The notes: generated by a model from the letters alone, not told the origin. A stretch of 64,000 bases of DNA from Diplonema japonicum (GCA_964019335.1 OZ025681.1:62001-126000), one strand, 5' to 3'. Shown: positions 30,654 through 43,040, counted from the stretch's first letter. A program made the numbers and translations.

Positions 30654-33600
30654 TCACCCGAATCTCGCAATCAGCTCTTGCAGGGAGCTATTCAGGTACT
30701 CAGGCATCTCGTCACCCAAGACCAGCCAGGCTGCCTCGATGGCTGACACCACACGCCTGTTGGCGTCTCTTGAGGCATCGTCTGAAAGTTCAGATAGAAG
30801 TGCCAACTGCGAGTTGGCCTCAGTGGCATTGCGTGCCAGTGCATACATCCACTCCTCGTTGGCAGACTCCATGAAGTCCCCCACACGGAAGATGACCTGG
30901 TCGTTCCCCGACCTCTTGTGCTCAGCCCCGAACACGGCCACAGGTGAGATGTCGATGTAGCCATTCACCACTTGCGACACTGGGTTCTCGATCGTGACGC
31001 AAGTCTTGAGGTCGTACCCCTTCTCCGACAGGTACCTCGCAGTCCGCATCACCTTCCCAAGCGCCGTGAACGCCTTCAACGCAAGCGACCCACACGATGC
31101 TACGGTAGCCCTACCTGTCGCGACCCCGATACCTATGCCTTGGCCATTCACACTACCCCCTATAATTTTGTCACGCACCATCATCGCGCACTGGCACGCC
31201 TTCATCACGTTGTTAACTAAGTTCGTCGTGATGTTCAGCCCGATGATGCTCTGGTCGCCAGACGTGCTGAGAAGAGCTCCCCTCCCACCACCGCTTGTCA
31301 CCGTGCTCACCGCATCTAAAATGGCAGTCACACCAGCCACAGAGTCCCCAGGGTACCAGATAGACACAAGGCTGACGTTCTTCACCGTCGCCTGCATCTT
31401 CATCTGATTCATGGGTACCACAGATGGCTCGCTCGATGAATTCCCAGTTCGCGAGGACTGCGAGTTCTTCGAATTCTTTGATGGAGCAAGCGACACAAGA
31501 TCGTCTTCTGTGTCGGACTCTTCCTTCTGGAAGAGGGAGGCGGGCATGTAGGCCTTGTACTCGTTGAGGATGTCGCACATGGCATAGAAGCCAGAGAGCA
31601 GGGCGGAGACCTCCAGAAGAATGTTGTCCCTCTTCACCACCTTGTCCATTTCCATGTTCTCCACATGCTTCATGTCCCGCACAAGGCTGATGAAGGGCTG
31701 GGTGATCACAACAGCACATGCAAGAAGGACCACAATTCCAATAGCTGCAAGCATCACAGACAGGTCGATCGCCTCCTCATATGCATCCTCCGCATCCCCC
31801 ATGATCACAACGTGTGGTGTGATGTACACCACCAACCAGTCCACAGTATTGGTGTCGAAAGTAGACTGCTGAATGTTCAGCATTGAGGCATACACCTTCT
31901 CACCAGAGGAGTACAGGTACGACCTCTCAGGGTCAATGAGTGATGTGTTCCAGTTCTCGATGCTCGCAAGGGCACCAGAGACCCACGGGTGCGCCACAGC
32001 TTCACCAGCTTCAGCCACAACCCCAGGTCCCATCACCTCCACTCCCACAGGCTGCTGTTGCTCATCGTTGGCGAGAAGTACCTCCCTCGTCGTCCTGTCG
32101 ATGAGCACGATCAGTGACCTCGCAGGTACCTCCATCCGAGAGATGTCTTGTTTGATGTTCCCAAGAACCTTCTGTAGGAGGAGCGAGGAGGTTACCCGGC
32201 TTGCTTTCACCACTGTCTCGATCGTGTTGTGGATGGAGATCTCCATCGAGAGCATTCCTTGGAGTCGCAAGCGCTCCGAGAGGTCCTCGCTGATGTCGCG
32301 GATCGCAGTGTCGTTCCTGGTCACCACCACACCGAGCACCACGGCGAAGGAGGTGAGTGCCACAACCCCAAGCATCACGGAGACTGGAACCTTAAACGAA
32401 CTGTTCTTCTTGCGGAGACTCTTTGCATTTCTGATAATTGTCACGATGATGCCAACCAACATCCCAGCAGAGAACACTGAGATCCCAAGCATCGCAACCC
32501 TTGTGTCCGTCCACTCTTCACGGGTGTAGTCGGCTCCAGAGATGTCAATCAAACCAAGCAGCACCTTGAGATCTTCTTCCATTGCCGCCACTGTCTGCTC
32601 AGCAGTGATGTCTGAAAGGAAGAAGTTCTTTATGTGCTTGAAGATGATAGTGCTGCAGTCCCCTGTCAGTGCCTTGCAACCAGCACTTGGGCGGTGCACC
32701 AGCCTGTCCCAGAACCCTGGGAAGGTCTGCATCGACGTTGCCAGCATTGGGTTCACCTTCCTCAGGTCGTCCCAGAACCCAGGCCTGTCCATCACATCTT
32801 GACGAGCAGGTTCCTTGTCAGAGGTGTCGAAGAATGAGAAGCCTTCCGCATAGTCGGTCATCAGGTCCAGAGCCTCCTCAACGAGGGGGGAGTGCTTGTT
32901 GATGCCAATGCTCCAGTCGTTGGAGCAGCCAGCCCCATACTTCCCAGGGATCGAAGCCATTTGCATGTTCCACCCTTTCTCGTCGCTCACCTTTTGAATG
33001 CCGAAGACACTTGAGGACCAATTGATGAGTACAGCAGCCTTCCCGTCCTTGAAGAAGTCCGAAGCCTTGTTGCCAGTGTACCCATAGAGGTCGGTGGGGG
33101 CGATCGTCCCAATCCAGCGCTTCCACATCGCAATGGCCTTCGCAGCCGCAGGGTTGTTGACTGTCACGTTCCCGTCCGCCTCCACAATGCTGCCAGCACC
33201 CTCGAAGCCAGACATGAGCGTCACAAGCATGAACTCGATAGCAGTCTGCGAAGTGGGGTCAGTACGAAGGACAACGCCCTCGAAGTCGGTGTTCCCACCA
33301 GCATGCTCCTTCTCCACGAGGGTGGCCAGGGTCGTCTCGAACTCCTCCCAGGTCGCAGGCCAGGTGAGGTTGTGCTTGTCGAAGAGGTCCTTGCGGTAGT
33401 AGGCCACCTGCTGGTTGGTCTGCCTCGTGAGGGTGTAGAGCTTCCCGTTCGGGGAGACATGGACCCGCCACTTCTTCCTGATGAGGTTGGGGTCCACGTC
33501 CAGCTCCACGAGGTTCTCAGCAAGGGTGGTGACCCACACAGTGTTCAGGTCCATCACCTCGTAGCTGGCGTCCTTGTTGTCAAGCATGTTCTGCAGGAAG

Positions 33601-33845
33601 CTGAAATCGTCGTCTCTGTTCGTGCGCCCGAACAGGCTCTTGATGTCCACAGACTCCATCCCCACGTCGGGGTGCTTTGTAGTGAAGTTAGCCGTCACCT
33701 CGCACACCTTGCGCTCGAGCTTGCTGAAGGTGGACTTGTTGATGTGCAGTGTCTTTGCACGGCCCGTGGGAACCTTGCACCTTGCTCCTGCAGCACATGC
33801 TACAAGATACACGAACAGCAGGAAACCCAGTTCAATCCTTCCCAT
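30654..33845 (-). CDS. Receptor copy 6 (1063 aa); SBP subtype II, near-identical to copy 5
   Basis: ORF with signal peptide MGRIELGFLLFVYLVACAAG and the same motifs. Confidence 0.93.
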   Translation of the reverse strand: MGRIELGFLLFVYLVACAAGARCKVPTGRAKTLHINKSTFSKLERKVCEVTANFTTKHPDVGMESVDIKSLFGRTNRDDDFSFLQNMLDNKDASYEVMDLNTVWVTTLAENLVELDVDPNLIRKKWRVHVSPNGKLYTLTRQTNQQVAYYRKDLFDKHNLTWPATWEEFETTLATLVEKEHAGGNTDFEGVVLRTDPTSQTAIEFMLVTLMSGFEGAGSIVEADGNVTVNNPAAAKAIAMWKRWIGTIAPTDLYGYTGNKASDFFKDGKAAVLINWSSSVFGIQKVSDEKGWNMQMASIPGKYGAGCSNDWSIGINKHSPLVEEALDLMTDYAEGFSFFDTSDKEPARQDVMDRPGFWDDLRKVNPMLATSMQTFPGFWDRLVHRPSAGCKALTGDCSTIIFKHIKNFFLSDITAEQTVAAMEEDLKVLLGLIDISGADYTREEWTDTRVAMLGISVFSAGMLVGIIVTIIRNAKSLRKKNSSFKVPVSVMLGVVALTSFAVVLGVVVTRNDTAIRDISEDLSERLRLQGMLSMEISIHNTIETVVKASRVTSSLLLQKVLGNIKQDISRMEVPARSLIVLIDRTTREVLLANDEQQQPVGVEVMGPGVVAEAGEAVAHPWVSGALASIENWNTSLIDPERSYLYSSGEKVYASMLNIQQSTFDTNTVDWLVVYITPHVVIMGDAEDAYEEAIDLSVMLAAIGIVVLLACAVVITQPFISLVRDMKHVENMEMDKVVKRDNILLEVSALLSGFYAMCDILNEYKAYMPASLFQKEESDTEDDLVSLAPSKNSKNSQSSRTGNSSSEPSVVPMNQMKMQATVKNVSLVSIWYPGDSVAGVTAILDAVSTVTSGGGRGALLSTSGDQSIIGLNITTNLVNNVMKACQCAMMVRDKIIGGSVNGQGIGIGVATGRATVASCGSLALKAFTALGKVMRTARYLSEKGYDLKTCVTIENPVSQVVNGYIDISPVAVFGAEHKRSGNDQVIFRVGDFMESANEEWMYALARNATEANSQLALLSELSDDASRDANRRVVSAIEAAWLVLGDEMPEYLNSSLQELIARFG

Positions 33846-34293
33846 GGTTGCTTTCTTTTTGACCTACTCTCTGTGAGGGTGATAAAACTAGAACAGCAGA
33901 AGAAATAAGAAGTAAAACAAAAGGGCACAGTGCGATCACCGGCCAACCAATAAGAGGGAGCAAACACTATTCTTCGTTCGACGGGGTACCTTGTCTAAAA
34001 AAACGCGCGTGGCGTAACAACAGCGATGGCGACTGGGCAAAAAGAAAACTCAATCTGTTTTTGCAATGTCGGAAGGTTCCCGGACCCGTGAAGTGGGGTC
34101 AGTCGAGGGGTCCAACCACCAGCCAGCAGCCGGGGTAGAGCCTGCCCACGACACTCCTTCCACATCCGCTAGCCGTTAGCTCCTCAACTGATGAGAAAAT
34201 TCATATTTTGAGTAATCTTGTCACAAAATAAGGTTTCGGAGATGCCCTCCCCAAAGAACCTAACATTTTCCAAGCTCAAGAGCATCACGGTTG

Positions 34294-34331
34294 AAATTCA
34301 CTATGATAGGAACGAAGTGGTTAGCAACGGC
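34294..34331. repeat. 38-bp exact dispersed repeat Z (second copy at 44454-44491)
   Basis: aaattcactatgataggaacgaagtggttagcaacggc occurs twice. Confidence 0.85.
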
Positions 34332-35315
34332 TCGACAAAGCTTGAAAAAAAAAGTAGGTGCCAAAAAAAGAAAGCCCTTTTTTTTTCCTATTCTTCATGA
34401 CGTCTTCTCGGAGGGGGTACACTTCGACACTATCAGTTACGGTGCAATCAGGGAGGAGGGAGGGAGGGAGGGACAAATATTTCATAAACCGTCATTTGAT
34501 AAAAAGATTCTGGGAAACGGCTCTGCTGGCAGGGGTGGAAAAAAAAAAGAACTGCTGTTGTCACACCCCCTGCACGGACTTAAGCCTACTCCCCGTTCTT
34601 TTATCTCCATCAGTAACATATTATTGCCGACTAGGCTCCTGCTTGCAGTGTCACGCAGCACCAAATCTCAAAAGAGCTGCTGATAAAGGAGAGAACTGTG
34701 GGTTTACTGTCACTCACGGAAAGGCCCTCCTTTCCTTCATAGCCAGCTTTAAAAAAAAAAGAGAAAAAAAACCCCATGTTCTTTGGTTTAGTTTTGCTCT
34801 CCTCAATTAAGTCATTCAGAACCTGACCACCGTTTTGGCACCAGACCAATAAAAAAAAGAAAAATAAAAAGTTAGGCCACACAAAAATCTGGGACTTTTG
34901 GAGTGTATTGGGCAGGTGAATGAATTAAAGAAAAGAAGATGAAAAAACTGAGAGGAGTAAAGAGGAATCTTGATTGAAACTATCGGTCGGGGGAGGGAAC
35001 ATTCTGATATAATCACAAAAAAAAAAGAAGAAGAAAAAAAGGAGGAAAAAAAAACATGCGCAACAGAGGCCGCACACAAGCTGTGACAAACAACAGCAAA
35101 AGAATTCTGAACCACAAGAAAAAGGGAGGGGGGGGGGGGGGGGGGATTCAAGTAAGTTAAAGAAGAAGAAAAGAGAAAACATATTTAAATGGGGTTGCGG
35201 AGAGCGAGTCTTTGTGGGGGCATCCCTCCTTGAGAGCTCCCTGTGGGGGTACGCGTAGTATCGCTACTAAAAAAAAAAAAAAAAAAAAAAAAAAAGAGAC
35301 ATTTATTAAAAAAAA

Positions 35316-35720
35316 TGGCTTTGGTTGCAACACTATTTAGCATTAAGTGTGCAGCGTGGAGTCTGCGTCGCTGCATTTTTATCGGCAGATGGGGTGGGGA
35401 TTCTTCGGGTAGGTTCAAGGTAGGTCGGCACGAATTTGTTGTCTCTCCCGCTGTTCGAGAATGAAGCGCACCTCGTCCTGGGTCTGCAGGAATACCCTCG
35501 GATCCGTTTGTTTGCACCAACGGATCGGAGGGAGGATGTCAAGAAGGGCTTCCCGGGGATAAGAGGATCGTGCTTTGTTTTCGGCCACCTCTGACAGTTT
35601 TGTCAGCACTCTAGCTCGTACGTCAGCCGTATCTTCCAAGATGAGCTGTTTGGTCGTGGCCTCAAAGTCGAGTGCGAGCTCTATCCTTGAGACTGAACCC
35701 TGAGGGCTCCACTGCAGCAT
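35316..35720 (-). mobile_element. 5'-truncated retroelement 3' fragment, family R2
   Basis: Translates to LQWSPQGSVSRIELALDFEATT..DVRARVL, similar to LRWVEKDTTSEVSAVELAIDFEWTTG..EDRARRI in the 62527 ORF. It is flanked by A-runs on both sides. Confidence 0.6.
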
Positions 35721-36959
35721 ACGAAAAAAAAAAAAAAAAAAAAAAAAAGAAAAATAACGAAAAAAACCACAAAGACGGAGTTTGGTGGAGAGAGAGAGAA
35801 AAAAAAAAAAAAAAAACCGAAAGAAATTGCAGGCAGAAGGCTTCCGCCCCTATTGCCCCTAACTTTCAATTCTCCAATCACCGGGGGGAAAAAAAAAGGG
35901 GGGAGGGGGTAAATACAGGTTTACATATTGCTGTTTAGGTTTTCAAACAGATTAAAAAAGAGAGACTAGATCCGCAATACATGGTTTTCCTTCTTTTTTT
36001 TTTTAAAAGTTTTAAACCGGATTTAGAACCTAATAAAGAAAGGTGTAAAAATGATCCCCACCAGTCAGCGGCTGTTCTGCTGTTGTTGTCTGTGCTTGCG
36101 GAAGAACAAACATGAAAAAAGTACCCCTTTGAGTGGTTTACGGGTGGGTAGTTATCAAAAAACCGACATCAGAGCACAATTTCTGACCCCCTCCCCCCAT
36201 TTGTAAATTCTGCACAAATATTCCTTTGCCTTTGCACACGGCACAAATCCTGAGATGACTCACCTCTCTTTTTTTGTTCTTTGACAAAAAGAAAATCTTT
36301 TCTTTTTTTCTAACAAAGATGAGAAGAGTTTAAAAAGAGGATTTATCAAAAAGAAAAAAATAGAAATAGGAAAAGACAAAACCTACGAAAGGGGGGGGGG
36401 GGGAGGGGGGAGTGGAAGATTGGAACTATTTTTCTGAACGCCATTTTCCCGCTTTTCTTTCAGTGTCACCTTGATCTTCTCTTTCGCCTATGCCATTAGA
36501 TTCAGAAGCCAGCAAACCACCGGCCCAGTGCCTCGTATCGTAACGCAAGGTGGAAAAGTACTCATCACATCTCAATCCTGTCGATCGCGTCCGGGGGTGG
36601 GGGGAGTGGAAGATTTGAGCTCATTCCCGCCTGCTTGAAAATAGGATTTTAGAGAAAGTTGAGTCGATATACTTATTGTTGCAGAGCATTTATTTCCTTC
36701 TTTTAAAACAAAATCTTTTTCTTTTCTTTTCTTTTCTCTTTTTTTCATTTCTTTTTTTTCTTTCTTTTTTTGCGCAGTTCCAATAGAAAGGTGACCTGAT
36801 TGCTCCGATTTCTGTGGCTTTTTGAATAGACAAGCGCAGCCCCATTACCGAGCAGTGTCGCACGCATCCGAGCTGCAAAGGGATAAATAGCTTGCTCCCG
36901 CACCCATCTTCTTTTTTTTGTACGTTTCATTTCAATTTCTTTTCTTTCTCTTCCTTTAT

Positions 36960-39900
36960 CTAGTGGCAAAATCTAGATCTCAGATCCTGAAGTGAGTCAG
37001 CCAGGTAGCCTGCCATCTCTGTGCCTTGTGTGGACCACGCTGCCTCGATGGCCACCATCTGTTTCTTGTTGCTCTCACTGTTGAGCAAGGTGAGATGTGC
37101 CATGCAAGAGGCAACAGAGTTGGCGTCGGTAGCGTTCCTGGCGTAGGCGTACATCCACTCCTCGTTCTCTGTCTCGAGGAACGAGCCTGCACGGAAGATG
37201 ACCTGGTCGCTGCCGGACCTCTTGTGCTCCAAGGCGTACACAGTGACGGGTTCCACCTCCATGCACCCCTTCACAACCAGCGCCACAGAGTTCTCCAGCA
37301 TCACCCCCGCCTTCAAGGTGCACCCCCTCTCCGACAGGTACCTCACAGATGGCATCACCTTCCCAAGCGCCGTGAACGCCTTCAACGCAAGCGACCCACA
37401 CGATGCTACGGTAGCCTTCCCCGTCGCACACCCGATCCCGACAGCGTGCTTCCCAAGCTCGCTCCCCAACCTGTCCCGCACCATCACCGCGCACTGGCAC
37501 GCCTTCATGTTGTGTGACACAAGATGCGTCGTGATGTTCAGCCCGATGATGCTCTGGTCGCCAGTCGTGCTGAGAAGAGCTCCCCTCCCACCACCGCTCG
37601 TCACCCCGCTCACCGCATCCAAGATCGTCGTCACGTGTCCCACAGAGTCCCCAGGGTACCAGATAGACACAAGGCTGATGCTTTTCGTCGTTGCCTGCAT
37701 CTTCATCTGGCTCACCACACCTATCGGTGCAGGGGTGTCACCAGTATGGTGGGAGGTTGCAGTGCGCGATGAACGTGACGTCTTTGAAAGGGACTCTTCA
37801 TCAACATCCGAGGACTCGTCCTTCTGGAAGAGGGAGGCGGGCATGTAGGCCTTGTACTCGTTGAGGATGTCGCACATGGCATAGAAGCCAGAGAGCAGGG
37901 CGGAGACCTCCAGAAGAATGCTGTCCCTCTTCACCACCTTGTCCATTTCCATGTTCTCCACATGCTTCATGTCCCGCACAAGGCTGATGAAGGGCTGGGT
38001 GATCACAACAGCACATGCAAGAAGGACCACAATTCCAATAGCTGCAAGCATCACAGACAGGTCGATCGCCTCCTCATATGCATCCTCCGCATCCCCCATG
38101 ATCACAACGTGTGGTGTGATGTACACCAGTAGCCAGTCAATGCTGTAGGTTAGGTACTTCGCTTCGACATCTGAAGCAGCCTTCTTGATGTTCAGCATTG
38201 AGGCATACACCTTCTCACCACCAGAGGAGTACAGGTACGACCTCTCAGGGTCAATGAGTGATGTGTTCCAGTTCTCGATGCTCGCAAGGGCACCAGAGAC
38301 CCACGGGTGTGCCACCCCAGAAACAGCCCCAATGCCTGACAACACTGTGCCGACAGGTTGCTGCTTGTCATCGTTCGAGAGAAGCACCTTCCTCGTTGTC
38401 CTGTCGATGAGCACGATCAGTGACCTCGCAGGTACCCGCATGCGTGCAATGTCCTGTTTGATGTTCCCAAGAACCCTTGACATGAGGAGTGCAAAGGTCG
38501 CACTGTTCTTCTCCACAAGGCTCTCAATAGTTCCGTGGATGGAAATCTCAAGAGCAAGCATGCTCTGCTGCCTGAGCCGCTCCGAGAGGTCCTCGCTGAT
38601 GTCGCGGATCGCAGTGTCGTTCCTGGTCACCACCACACCGAGCACCACGGCGAAGGAGGTGAGTGCCACAACCCCAAGCATCACAGAGACAGGAACCTTA
38701 AAAGAAATATCATTGCAGAGGCTTCTGGCTCCCCTCACAATCATCCACACGATTCCAACCAGGAAAACACCACAACAGAGAGAGATCACCACCATTGCCA
38801 CCCTTGTGTCCGTCCACTCGTCGCGGGAGTAGTCGATGCCAGAGATGTCGATCACGCCAAACAGAACATGAAGGTCCTTCTCCATCGCTGCCACAGCCTC
38901 CGCCCCAGTCTGGCCCTCCGTGAGAAAGAAAGAAGTAACATGCTTGAAGACGATGTTGACGCAGTCCCCGTACAGTTCCTTGCACCCAGCACTTGGGCGG
39001 TGCACCAGCCTGTCCCAGAACTCTGGGTAGGCCTGCATCGACTTCGCCAGCATTGGGTTCGAGCTGTTGAACTTTACCCAGAAGTCAGGCCTGTCCATCA
39101 CATCCTGACGAGCAGGCTCGTTTCCAGTGAGGTCGAAGAATGAGAAGTGCTCAGACAGGTCGCTGACAAGATCCTGGGCTGCCTCCTTCAGGGGTGTGTG
39201 CTTGTTGATGCCAATGCTCCAGTCCCCAGAGCAGCCTGCCCCGTTGTTCCCAGGGATGGGCCCTATCTGGATGTCCCAGCCTAAAGAAGAGTTGTCAATG
39301 TTCGCCTGGTTCATCACGGTACTGTCGGAGGACCACAGGATGAGGCACGCTGACTTCCCTGCAAGAAAGTTTGTTTTAGCACCCCCACTGGTGAGTCCCC
39401 AGAGGTTGTGCGGGGCAATGGTGCCCACCCAGCGCTTCCACATGGTAAGGGTACGTGCCGCCGCAGGGTTGTTCACCGTCACGTTCCCACTGTCGTCAAC
39501 CACATTCCCAGCACCATCAAAACCCGACATGAGCGTCACGAGCATGTAAATAATACGGTTCTGCGAGTTCGAGTCGGTCGGAAGCAGTACACCATCGAAG
39601 TCGGTGTTCCCACCAGCACGCTCCTTCTTCACGAGGGTGTCCAAGGTCGTCTCGAACTCCTCCCAGGTAGCGGGGTAGGTGAGACCGTGCTTGTCGAAGA
39701 GGTCCTTGCGGTAGAACACCACCATCTGGTTGGTCTGCCTCGTGAGGGTGTAGAGCTTCCCGTTCGGAGACATGTGAAGCTGCCACTTCTTCCTGATGAT
39801 GTTGGGGTTGATGTCCAGCTCGATGAGCTCGTCCTGAAGGGTGGTGACCCACGGGGTGTCCAGGCTCATCACCTCGTAACCTGTCTCCTTGTTGTACAAC

Positions 39901-40169
39901 ATGTTCTGCAGGAAGGCGAAGTCGTTGTCATGGTTGTACGAAAACTCCTTCAGATCGATGTACTGGATCCCCACGTCGGGGTGCTTGGCTGTGAAGTTGT
40001 CGTTGACTTCGCACAGGGTTGTGTTCAATGCGGAAGTGATTGCAGTGTGGACATGCAGAGTGTGATTTTTGTTGTCAGGAAGCGTGCAATTGTCCTTGTT
40101 AGATCCGTAGACATCAGCAACGTTGCACAGCACTGCCACGTACAACAGCACACCTTTCGCTCCCATCAT
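36960..40169 (-). CDS. Receptor copy 7 (1069 aa); SBP subtype III
   Basis: ORF with signal peptide MMGAKGVLLYVAVLCNVADVYG and the same motifs. Confidence 0.93.
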   Translation of the reverse strand: MMGAKGVLLYVAVLCNVADVYGSNKDNCTLPDNKNHTLHVHTAITSALNTTLCEVNDNFTAKHPDVGIQYIDLKEFSYNHDNDFAFLQNMLYNKETGYEVMSLDTPWVTTLQDELIELDINPNIIRKKWQLHMSPNGKLYTLTRQTNQMVVFYRKDLFDKHGLTYPATWEEFETTLDTLVKKERAGGNTDFDGVLLPTDSNSQNRIIYMLVTLMSGFDGAGNVVDDSGNVTVNNPAAARTLTMWKRWVGTIAPHNLWGLTSGGAKTNFLAGKSACLILWSSDSTVMNQANIDNSSLGWDIQIGPIPGNNGAGCSGDWSIGINKHTPLKEAAQDLVSDLSEHFSFFDLTGNEPARQDVMDRPDFWVKFNSSNPMLAKSMQAYPEFWDRLVHRPSAGCKELYGDCVNIVFKHVTSFFLTEGQTGAEAVAAMEKDLHVLFGVIDISGIDYSRDEWTDTRVAMVVISLCCGVFLVGIVWMIVRGARSLCNDISFKVPVSVMLGVVALTSFAVVLGVVVTRNDTAIRDISEDLSERLRQQSMLALEISIHGTIESLVEKNSATFALLMSRVLGNIKQDIARMRVPARSLIVLIDRTTRKVLLSNDDKQQPVGTVLSGIGAVSGVAHPWVSGALASIENWNTSLIDPERSYLYSSGGEKVYASMLNIKKAASDVEAKYLTYSIDWLLVYITPHVVIMGDAEDAYEEAIDLSVMLAAIGIVVLLACAVVITQPFISLVRDMKHVENMEMDKVVKRDSILLEVSALLSGFYAMCDILNEYKAYMPASLFQKDESSDVDEESLSKTSRSSRTATSHHTGDTPAPIGVVSQMKMQATTKSISLVSIWYPGDSVGHVTTILDAVSGVTSGGGRGALLSTTGDQSIIGLNITTHLVSHNMKACQCAVMVRDRLGSELGKHAVGIGCATGKATVASCGSLALKAFTALGKVMPSVRYLSERGCTLKAGVMLENSVALVVKGCMEVEPVTVYALEHKRSGSDQVIFRAGSFLETENEEWMYAYARNATDANSVASCMAHLTLLNSESNKKQMVAIEAAWSTQGTEMAGYLADSLQDLRSRFCH

Positions 40170-40545
40170 TATACAGTATATAAGTTATTACCTGTTTGGC
40201 TTTCAACGAAGAAGGTGGGGGGGGGGGGGGGGGGGGACATAGTGAATGGGGGAATGGAAACGAAGAAAAAAAATCAGATCGAGCTGTAACAAAGACCAGC
40301 CAAGAGGCAACGCCACGTTGGGTGTAAGCTTTATAATATGATCATCACGTCATCCTGGAATATGGCGCCGTATCCCTTTTTCGCCTCGCGGCGGGGCGGG
40401 GCAATCTTCCCGGAGTTTGCTTACAACAGCCAGCGCGCAATCCAAAGAAAAAAAAGACAAAAAGGGAGGAAACGAAAAAAAACTCGATGATTTAAAGGAA
40501 GCCGGTGGGGGCACCCTGCACAAGCACCATTTACTTGATTACAGA

Positions 40546-40799
40546 GGGCGCACCTCGGCCTAGCTGTAGCTTCTTCTGCGTTCCGCGTTGTGTCCTTAAT
40601 GCGTGCGGTGTGCAGCTCAACCCCAGCCGGGGCGCCCCGGGTAACCAAGATTCTGAGCCCGTGTAGTTTGCTGCCTGTTCGCCACCCAGAGCATCTGCTT
40701 CTTCCACTTGGGCGCTACCGGTGATGACCGACGAGGAGGTCAACAGCGAACAACACATCTGATGTACTTCTTTATATTTCCATGTTATCCCCACCACCT
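40546..40799. repeat. Dispersed repeat X (longer copy)
   Basis: Shares three blocks with 1207-1352. Confidence 0.75.
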
Positions 40800-42769
40800 G
40801 AAAAAAAAAAAAAAAAATGGACCAGGGGAGCTGTGGGTTATGTTTAAATCACTTTGTTGTAAATGACAGCAAATGTGACCCACCACGGGAAAAAAGAAAA
40901 AACTCTTTCCAATAAATATTGTGATGTTCCAAAGGCTTAAAACACAGAGGCCTACGTAAAATAGAGACAACTAAGCTCTTATAAACCACACCATTTTGTA
41001 ACCTAGAAAGTCTTCTGGCCTTTCTCACCGAGCAGAACCAGCTCATATAAAAAAGAAAATACAAAAAAGAAAAGCGGCCATGAGGGCAGGGTATAAAAAG
41101 AATTGCGCTACACAATTCCTTCTTTTTATCTCTTCTTTTTTTCTTTCTTCCTCTTTTCACCCTCATTTGGACCCTGTATCTTGAATAACAAAAGGGGAGG
41201 AGGAGGAGGAAGAAGAGGAGGGAGGAACAAATGAAAAAAAAAAAAAAAAAAAGAACCTAAAGCATTCTTTCTGCTGGGGAGATTGCTGTTTCTATGTCAG
41301 TCAGGCTTACCCTCCTGAAAATGAATCTGGCTCAGCCCCACTTATTTCTTCTTTTTTTTTTTCCTTCTTTCACGGGCAAAAAAAAAAAAAAAAAAAAAAA
41401 AAAGAGTTGGCTGTGACTGTAATCTGTGCACCAGCCAGGACCAACATCCAACAATGCAACTAAAAAAAAGAAGGGCAAGCACACATCAAATCTGCCTTCT
41501 AAATATAAGTTAGACCCATCACTCTAGGAGGTCGTGTGACGTGTGAGGACTAAGGGATATTCATTAGAACAGAGTTTGTTTCCAGCGCGCAAGCCTATGG
41601 CACACTACAAGGGGAGAGGGGTCTATCTTTCGAAGAAAAAAAAAAAGAACAATATCATATTTCTTTGCTTCGTCTAAAAAGGAAATCGCACCTCCGGGGG
41701 AGGAAAGAAGAGAAGAACTCTCTGCATCTTCTGGGGGCTCCCAAATGATGTCGACATTTTGTGTCTTTTGTTCCCTTTTCTTTGAACGAGTCTTGACTTT
41801 GACTTGTCTAAATGTTGGCAACGTTTCCGGTTTTTACAAACCTTTTCCGGCTTTTTACCCCGTCACGTACAAAACAACAAAGGCCAGTTCTTCTTTCTCC
41901 GTATTTGTATGAATCTTATTTTCTCTTTTTTTCTTCTTTTTTTTCTTTCGTTTTTTTATTTTCATTTCAGTCGCACGGGGAGGGAGAGGAGAAAAAAAAG
42001 GAGAACTGATAAAGTTTCGGGGTGAAAGCAAATTAACCTCTTCAAGATACTCCTTTCACAACATCTTCATGATGCCCGCTCTGATATTATTGTCCGGACT
42101 AGAAAGAAGAGTTTCGTTTCACCTAACTAGGAGAGATGAGATGGGTCTTGGGCAATTTTCTCTTTCTGCCAGCGGTTGGTTGACTCGACCTTTAGCTTTG
42201 TGAGCTTCACCCGAAGCCTCCCAAAGGCCACTGTTGTCACTTAAAAGGTAACCGTGGAGTGTGAAGAAAGTTAATCCTCAATAAATTAGATCTCATGTTC
42301 ACCCATTTCTACACGGTCAAGGCTCATTTTGTCACTCTTGCAGGTGCCTGCTTTTGTACCACTGTTTTTGGTCAAAGATCCTATTGGAGGGCTAGCAGAT
42401 CTTTTTCAAGTTCCAAACAGGTACAGTAATCAGCTTAGGGCCAAAAAAAGATTCAAAAAAAAAAAGAAGAAAAAAAAAAAAAAAAAAGCAAAAGCTGAAC
42501 AAAAATGCACCGACTTCTTAAAAAGATTTCTTTAAAAATTCGTTCAAGAAATATGTAGATGGGGAAATATATTTATTTTTTTTATCATTTCTTTTTCTTC
42601 TTTCTCATTCTCGGAAAAAAAAAAAAAAAAAAAAAACAGTGGTAAACCCTTAGAAGGACATGAGCAGCTGGCATAAGCAGGCAACACTCACAAAGAATCC
42701 TTGGAACTCTCAAAAAAAAGCATTTCGAAGGTCCGTTCTGTAAGATAAACAAAGAAACATGAAAAAAAT

Positions 42770-43040
42770 ATATGAGTTAAAGGAAGTCTTTGTACACCCC
42801 CTTGTTCTCTATCCCCCTTCAGCAGCGGTTTCTCCTTCTTCGGTGGTCGTGCCGGCCTCCTCCCCAGCTTGGCTACTTTTTCCCTTCTTTCCTTTGCCCA
42901 TTGCTTCCCCAGCTCCTCCAGGTCGTACTTGGTCTTCGTTGATGCAAAGATTGCTCTTCTACTCCACCCGATCACCGCCTTCGTCCCTCCGATTGATCGC
43001 AGCGTATGTACTCTCGTTCAGCAGGGAAGGCCCTCCTTCC
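42770..43040 (-). mobile_element. 5'-truncated retroelement 3' fragment, family R1
   Basis: About 200 bp are near-identical to 44105-44298. It encodes GRRAFPAE..LRSIGGTKAVIGWSRRAIFASTKTKYDLEEL. Confidence 0.75.

Noticed and set aside
33960-34200. GC-richer intergenic patches (also 24670-24860, 25280-25500, 40300-40440) as possible ncRNA or element fragments
   Set aside because: I could recognise no tRNA, rRNA, snRNA or SL-RNA signature and no second copy by eye. An Rfam or repeat search would be needed.
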